Shown here: piece by piece, positions 53,292 to 61,287 of the stretch | Layout: each line of letters starts with the position of its first letter | Numbering within the stretch: position 1 is the stretch's first letter | NCBI RefSeq assembly: GCF_048593235.1 | Contig: NC_133621.1 | Coordinates: 203,257,238 to 203,321,237 of the forward strand | Length of the DNA stretch: 64,000 bases | Direction of reading: 5' to 3' | Source: Sminthopsis crassicaudata | Lineage: Eukaryota | Notes under the pieces: model-generated | The model's database searches: none | What the model saw: the letters and a program-made list of their open reading frames with translations, nothing else | What the model was told of the DNA's origin: nothing | Translations under genes and position numbers: made by a program

Positions 53292-56200
53292 CTCACACTC
53301 ACACACACCCCCAAGGAGCAAACACACGCACATAGACACATCCAAAGACAGATGGGATTTCAGCTCTCTGAGTGTGCATACCATCGAATTCCATTCGCTA
53401 TGAGGCTGAGGGGGCTCCCAGCACGGGTTTCTCATCTGAGATTTGTCCCAATTGTTGCAGGCCCCGGTGCGACTCCCTCAGGGACCAAGGACAACTCTCG
53501 AACTTCCAACCCAGGTACTTCTGGTGAGATTGGCTCAGCACCCTGCTTCTCGTGTTGCCCCTGTGCCCCCAGTCCGGCGAGCCAGACAGTCGCCCGAGGG
53601 CCCCTGAAAAACCTTGGTTGGCCCACACGTAGCCCTCTGCCCCCCAGAGTTCCGCGCCTGGAGCCCTCAAGACATTTCCACTCCAGATGACCATTTCATG
53701 GCCACTGCCTGTACATCTGATTCTCCCTTTCTCCTCTTTCCCAGGAGCAACGGGGACTACAGGAGCCAGTGGGACAAACAGAGCTGAAAGCACCACTAAG
53801 GGAAAGTCAACAGCTGGCAGCAGCAGTTCCACTGGAGCCCCTGCAGGTGACGCCCGCTTCAGAGAGAGCCTAAGCCCTGGCTATCTCTTCTTGCTACACT
53901 ACTTCTTTTCTGGATATAGATATATACCTATATAACATTTTGCAGAACCAAGGGTGTTTTCCTGCTGTCACATGCATAGTAACCTTAGGAATACACAATT
54001 CCTTATGAACCCTGTTGGGAAGAAAAATGAGAACCCAGTGGAAAAATCACAAGAGAGACACAAATACAAACAGAAAAAAATAAATTAAATAAAACAAACA
54101 AATAAATAAATAAATGAAAAGCCGAGAAGGTGTTGATTGGCCTTCAATCTGTGGAGTTCTCTGTCTGGAGGCAGATGGCGTTTTCTAACCCAAGTGGATG
54201 GGGACTGCCTTGCCTCAGGACAGCCCTGCAGAGAAGCAAGGCTTTCCTAGACGATCATCATGCAAACTGGCTGTGGCTGGATACAATGTATTCCTGGCTC
54301 TCCTGCTTTCGCTCAGCCTCAGTTCATGTCAGTCTTTCCAGATCTGGCTGCAATCAGCTAGATCATCAGTTGTGATAGAATCATCCTATTGCATGACCTT
54401 GGGGGCCACCACTTATTCAGCCATTCCCTAAGGGATGGGCATCTTCTCCTGTCCCCCCCTGTGTGTCCCCACCAAGGGAGCTGCTCCAACCTCCTTCCAT
54501 CCCAAACAGCTGCTTCCGTAGTTTCTTCCTTGCCATTGGCCCCTCTTCAACAGGGCGTTTTGCCTTTCTTCTCCGTGTAGAAGCCGCCACATCCGCTGGA
54601 GGCACGGGGACAAACAGAGCTGAAACCACTGCAACGGGAAGATCGGCAAGTGCGAGCTCCACCTCCACTGCCAGCACTCTCAGCCAAGGTGAGCCAGTGG
54701 AAGAGCAGACATCTGCTGAGCCTTTGCAAAGGCTAGCTCACCAAATAGAGCCAAGCCAAAAGCCAACTTCCTTGCCCACAGTGAACGCTTCTCTCTGCCC
54801 TGTGGCTTCCCAATCAGCCCAAGTAGGGAAGCTCCAAAGCAGCTTAGCATTGGTTCCCTGCTCGGGACACCCATTTCTCGGCTCCAAAGAGTCACTTGCT
54901 GGTGGTCTAGCTTGACCTTTCCTAGCGCTTTGTCCTTGGCCCTTCTTCTTGGCAAGGGAGCAGAGGGGAAGCCTTCTCTTCCTCATGGCTCCATTCGAAT
55001 TGCTGAGGTGTTCTTTCTTTAAAACTCTCTATATGGCCAAGGCACCGATTGAAACAGGAACCATCTCCTAAGAACGCCAAAAAAATGCGGCTGGCCAGCT
55101 GAGTCTCTTTGGCCTAGCTCTGCATTCTTCTTCCTCCACGTTTGATCTTTGCCCCCTCCTCTCCTCCACGCTCCACTTGCATCCCACTCTCCTGTTCCAA
55201 GGATACTCTTCCTTTCAGTCCCGCCAATGGGTCCTCTTTCCACATTTTGCTGTTTTCTTCGAGACACACAGACCCAATTCCCAAGGCACAAAAGCAGACA
55301 CAGGCAAACACCCCTAGGATTTCAGCCCTCCAAGAGTGCATGTTGACACTTCCCTTCAGCATTGTGCAGAAGGTGATCACAAGACAGGTTTCTCACTTGA
55401 CTTGTGTGCCCATTGTTGCAGGCCAAAGTGGAACCTCCTCAGCGCCCCAAGACAATTCTTCAAGTGCCAACCCAGGTAATTCTGAAAGGACTGCTTCAGC
55501 ACCCTGTTGACACCACTCAGGAATAGAATCGGGAGGGCCCCTGGGAAACCACAGGCACACGTGATATCCTGGCCCGCCAATGTAGCCATGGGCCCTCAGA
55601 GATTCACGCCTGCTAGCCTCAAGGCATCTCCCCTCCAGGTGAGCGTTCCATGCCCTCTGCCTGTACATCTGATTCTCCCTTTCTCCTCTTTCCCAAAAGC
55701 AATGGTGACCTCAGGAGCCAGTGGGACAAACAGAGCTGAAAGCACCACTAAGGGAAGAACAACAGCTGGCAGCGGCCCTTCCACTGGATCCCCTCTAGGT
55801 GACGCACATTTCCCACCCATCATGGAGCCTTGCTGTCTCTCTCCTCCAGCCTTGCACTTTGATATATCTATATTTTTACATGCATATACGGAGAGAGATA
55901 GATATACATAAATATACATGAACACACACACACACACATACACAGATATAGATATAGATATAGATATCTCATTGTCCATTCATAGTTTTATTATGGTGGT
56001 TTGACATGGAGATTCCCTTTTGTAATACCCATTTCCTTCTCAATGATGTTGGGAGGGAAAAAGCAGAACCAAGGGAAAACAAGCTGAGTGAGAAGGAAGC
56101 ACTGGCCACAAAGAGGAAAGAGAGAGCATGTGTTCATTTTCACTCAATCTCCTTAGCTCTCTTTCTCGATGTCGATGGCCTTTTCTCTCCAAAGCTTCTT

Positions 56201-57242
56201 GGGATTGCCTTGCATCACTAAAGCACTGAGGACAAGCAAGTCTTTCAGGGTTCATCATCACAGAGGCTTCCTGGGATGGCGGCCACTGGATTCCTGCTTC
56301 AGCTTCTTTCGCTCAGCCTCAGTTCAGGGCAAGCTTTCCAGGGCTTTCTCCAATCCGCATTTTCCACTTTTTGGGTCACCACACAAAGAGCGGCTCCCAA
56401 CTCCTTACACACCCAAGAGCTGCTCCATCAGCTTGTTCCTTGACCTTGCCCTGCCTTCAGCTTCGCATTTCTGCTGTCTTCTCCTCCTAGAAGGGGCCAC
56501 ATCTGCAGGAGCCATGGGGACAAACAGAGCAGAAACCACCCCAGCGGGAAGATCGCCATCTGCGAGCTCTAGCTCCACTTCCAGCTTACTCAGCCAAGGT
56601 GAGCTAGGGGCAGAGCAGAGATCTTCTGGGCCTTCAATAGATCCTTGGGAAGGTCTCCCTCGAGGCACAGACGGAAGCCAAAAGGGAGCCTCGTAACAGG
56701 CATGGCCCGCTGTACTCTCAATCCGTTGGTTTTCCTGGCGGTCAAAGGCTTCCAACTGCCATGGTGGAGGCAGCCCCCACAACCTGGGAAGCTGAAAAAC
56801 AGCTTGCCACGTTTTCTCTCTGCTCGGGACAGCCCCGAAGCCTCACTTGCTGGCCCAGCGTGACCGTCCCCACAACTTGCGGCTTTGCCCTTCATCTGCT
56901 TCCCGGGCAAAGGGGCATATTTTAAGCCAGCTCTTGCTGTGGGGTCCATTACAATGGCGACCCCGATCTCGGAAACTTTGTACATGGCCAGGCCACACAA
57001 TGAGGCAGGAACCATCTCCCCAAAAAAGTCCAGAAAGATTCAGCGGCTCAGCTGAGCCTGACTGGCCTCTCTCTACCTACTGTCTACCTCCACATTGGCA
57101 GCCGCACCTACTTGGCCTCTAGAATCCCAATCTGCTCTTCCAAGGACACTCTTCCTTTCAGGTCCAGCATGGATTCCCATTTTCACATGTGGCTATTTCC
57201 CCAGGCAGCACCCGAGACTCCCACACTACAATCACACTGACA

Positions 57243-57288
<46 letters not shown>

Positions 57289-60200
57289 CTCACACTCACA
57301 CACACCCCCAAGGAGCAAACACACGCACATAGACACATCCAAAGACAGATGGGATTTCAGCTCTCTGAGTGTGCATACCATCGAATTCCATTCGCTATGA
57401 GGCTGAGGGGGCTCCCAGCACGGGTTTCTCATCTGAGATTTGTCCCAATTGTTGCAGGCCCCGGTGCGACTCCCTCAGGGACCAAGGACAACTCTCGAAC
57501 TTCCAACCCAGGTACTTCTGGTGAGATTGGCTCAGCACCCTGCTTCTCGTGTTGCCCCTGTGCCCCCAGTCCGGCGAGCCAGACAGTCGCCCGAGGGCCC
57601 CTGAAAAACCTTGGTTGGCCCACACGTAGCCCTCTGCCCCCCAGAGTTCCGCGCCTGGAGCCCTCAAGACATTTCCACTCCAGATGACCATTTCATGGCC
57701 ACTGCCTGTACATCTGATTCTCCCTTTCTCCTCTTTCCCAGGAGCAACGGGGACTACAGGAGCCAGTGGGACAAACAGAGCTGAAAGCACCACTAAGGGA
57801 AAGTCAACAGCTGGCAGCAGCAGTTCCACTGGAGCCCCTGCAGGTGACGCCCGCTTCAGAGAGAGCCTAAGCCCTGGCTATCTCTTCTTGCTACACTACT
57901 TCTTTTCTGGATATAGATATATACCTATATAACATTTTGCAGAACCAAGGGTGTTTTCCTGCTGTCACATGCATAGTAACCTTAGGAATACACAATTCCT
58001 TATGAACCCTGTTGGGAAGAAAAATGAGAACCCAGTGGAAAAATCACAAGAGAGACACAAATACAAACAGAAAAAAATAAATTAAATAAAACAAATAAAT
58101 AAATAAATAAATGAAAAGCCGAGAAGGTGTTGATTGGCCTTCAATCTGTGGAGTTCTCTGTCTGGAGGCAGATGGCGTTTTCTAACCCAAGTGGATGGGG
58201 ACTGCCTTGCCTCAGGACAGCCCTGCAGAGAAGCAAGGCTTTCCTAGACGATCATCATGCAAACTGGCTGTGGCTGGATACAATGTATTCCTGGCTCTCC
58301 TGCTTTCGCTCAGCCTCAGTTCATGTCAGTCTTTCCAGATCTGGCTGCAATCAGCTAGATCATCAGTTGTGATAGAATCATCCTATTGCATGACCTTGGG
58401 GGCCACCACTTATTCAGCCATTCCCTAAGGGATGGGCATCTACTCCTGTCCCCCCCTGTGTGTCCCCACCAAGGGAGCTGCTCCAACCTCCTTCCATCCC
58501 AAACAGCTGCTTCCGTAGTTTCTTCCTTGCCATTGGCCCCTCTTCAACAGGGCGTTTTCCCTTTCTTCTCCTTGTAGAAGCCGCCACATCCGCTGGAGGC
58601 ACGGGGACAAACAGAGCTGAAACCACTGCAACGGGAAGATCGGCAAGTGCGAGCTCCACCTCCACTGCCAGCACTCTCAGCCAAGGTGAGCCAGTGGAAG
58701 AGCAGACATCTGCTGAGCCTTTGCAAAGGCTAGCTCACCAAATAGAGCCAAGCCAAAAGCCAACTTCCTTGCCCACAGTGAACGCTTCTCTCTGCCCTGT
58801 GGCTTCCCAATCAGCCCAAGTAGGGAAGCTCCAAAGCAGCTTAGCATTGGTTCCCTGCTCGGGACACCCATTTCTCGGCTCCAAAGAGTCACTTGCTGGT
58901 GGTCTAGCTTGACCTTTCCTAGCGCTTTGTCCTTGGCCCTTCTTCTTGGCAAGGGAGCAGAGGGGAAGCCTTCTCTTCCTCATGGCTCCATTCGAATTGC
59001 TGAGGTGTTCTTTCTTTAAAACTCTCTATATGGCCAAGGCACCGATTGAAACAGGAACCATCTCCTAAGAACGCCAAAAAAATGCGGCTGGCCAGCTGAG
59101 TCTCTTTGGCCTAGCTCTGCATTCTTCTTCCTCCACGTTTGATCTTTGCCCCCTCCTCTCCTCCACGCTCCACTTGCATCCCACTCTCCTGTTCCAAGGA
59201 TACTCTTCCTTTCAGTCCCGCCAATGGGTCCTCTTTCCACATTTTGCTGTTTTCTTCGAGACACACAGACCCAATTCCCAAGGCACAAAAGCAGACACAG
59301 GCAAACACCCCTAGGATTTCAGCCCTCCAAGAGTGCATGTTGACACTTCCCTTCAGCATTGTGCAGAAGGTGATCACAAGACAGGTTTCTCACTTGACTT
59401 GTGTGCCCATTGTTGCAGGCCAAAGTGGAACCTCCTCAGCGCCCCAAGACAATTCTTCAAGTGCCAACCCAGGTAATTCTGAAAGGACTGCTTCAGCACC
59501 CTGTTGACACCACTCAGGAATAGAATCGGGAGGGCCCCTGGGAAACCACAGGCACACGTGATATCCTGGCCCGCCAATGTAGCCATGGGCCCTCAGAGAT
59601 TCACGCCTGCTAGCCTCAAGGCATCTCCCCTCCAGGTGAGCGTTCCATGCCCTCTGCCTGTACATCTGATTCTCCCTTTCTCCTCTTTCCCAAAAGCAAT
59701 GGTGACCTCAGGAGCCAGTGGGACAAACAGAGCTGAAAGCACCACTAAGGGAAGAACAACAGCTGGCAGCGGCCCTTCCACTGGATCCCCTCTAGGTGAC
59801 GCACATTTCCCACCCATCATGGAGCCTTGCTGTCTCTCTCCTCCAGCCTTGCACTTTGATATATCTATATTTTTACATGCATATACGGAGAGAGATAGAT
59901 ATACATAAATATACATGAACACACACACACACACATACACAGATATAGATATAGATATAGATATCTCATTGTCCATTCATAGTTTTATTATGGTGGTTTG
60001 ACATGGAGATTCCCTTTTGTAATACCCATTTCCTTCTCAATGATGTTGGGAGGGAAAAAGCAGAACCAAGGGAAAACAAGCTGAGTGAGAAGGAAGCACT
60101 GGCCACAAAGAGGAAAGAGAGAGCATGTGTTCATTTTCACTCAATCTCCTTAGCTCTCTTTCTCGATGTCGATGGCCTTTTCTCTCCAAAGCTTCTTGGG

Positions 60201-61239
60201 ATTGCCTTGCATCACTAAAGCACTGAGGACAAGCAAGTCTTTCAGGGTTCATCATCACAGAGGCTTCCTGGGATGGCGGCCACTGGATTCCTGCTTCAGC
60301 TTCTTTCGCTCAGCCTCAGTTCAGGGCAAGCTTTCCAGGGCTTTCTCCAATCCGCATTTTCCACTTTTTGGGTCACCACACAAAGAGCGGCTCCCAACTC
60401 CTTACACACCCAAGAGCTGCTCCATCAGCTTGTTCCTTGACCTTGCCCTGCCTTCAGCTTCGCATTTCTGCTGTCTTCTCCTCCTAGAAGGGGCCACATC
60501 TGCAGGAGCCATGGGGACAAACAGAGCAGAAACCACCCCAGCGGGAAGATCGCCATCTGCGAGCTCTAGCTCCACTTCCAGCTTACTCAGCCAAGGTGAG
60601 CTAGGGGCAGAGCAGAGATCTTCTGGGCCTTCAATAGATCCTTGGGAAGGTCTCCCTCGAGGCACAGACGGAAGCCAAAAGGGAGCCTCGTAACAGGCAT
60701 GGCCCGCTGTACTCTCAATCCGTTGGTTTTCCTGGCGGTCAAAGGCTTCCAACTGCCATGGTGGAGGCAGCCCCCACAACCTGGGAAGCTGAAAAACAGC
60801 TTGCCACGTTTTCTCTCTGCTCGGGACAGCCCCGAAGCCTCACTTGCTGGCCCAGCGTGACCGTCCCCACAACTTGCGGCTTTGCCCTTCATCTGCTTCC
60901 CGGGCAAAGGGGCATATTTTAAGCCAGCTCTTGCTGTGGGGTCCATTACAATGGCGACCCCGATCTCGGAAACTTTGTACATGGCCAGGCCACACAATGA
61001 GGCAGGAACCATCTCCCCAAAAAAGTCCAGAAAGATTCAGCGGCTCAGCTGAGCCTGACTGGCCTCTCTCTACCTACTGTCTACCTCCACATTGGCAGCC
61101 GCACCTACTTGGCCTCTAGAATCCCAATCTGCTCTTCCAAGGACACTCTTCCTTTCAGGTCCAGCATGGATTCCCATTTTCACATGTGGCTATTTCCCCA
61201 GGCAGCACCCGAGACTCCCACACTACAATCACACTGACA

Positions 61240-61287
<48 letters not shown>

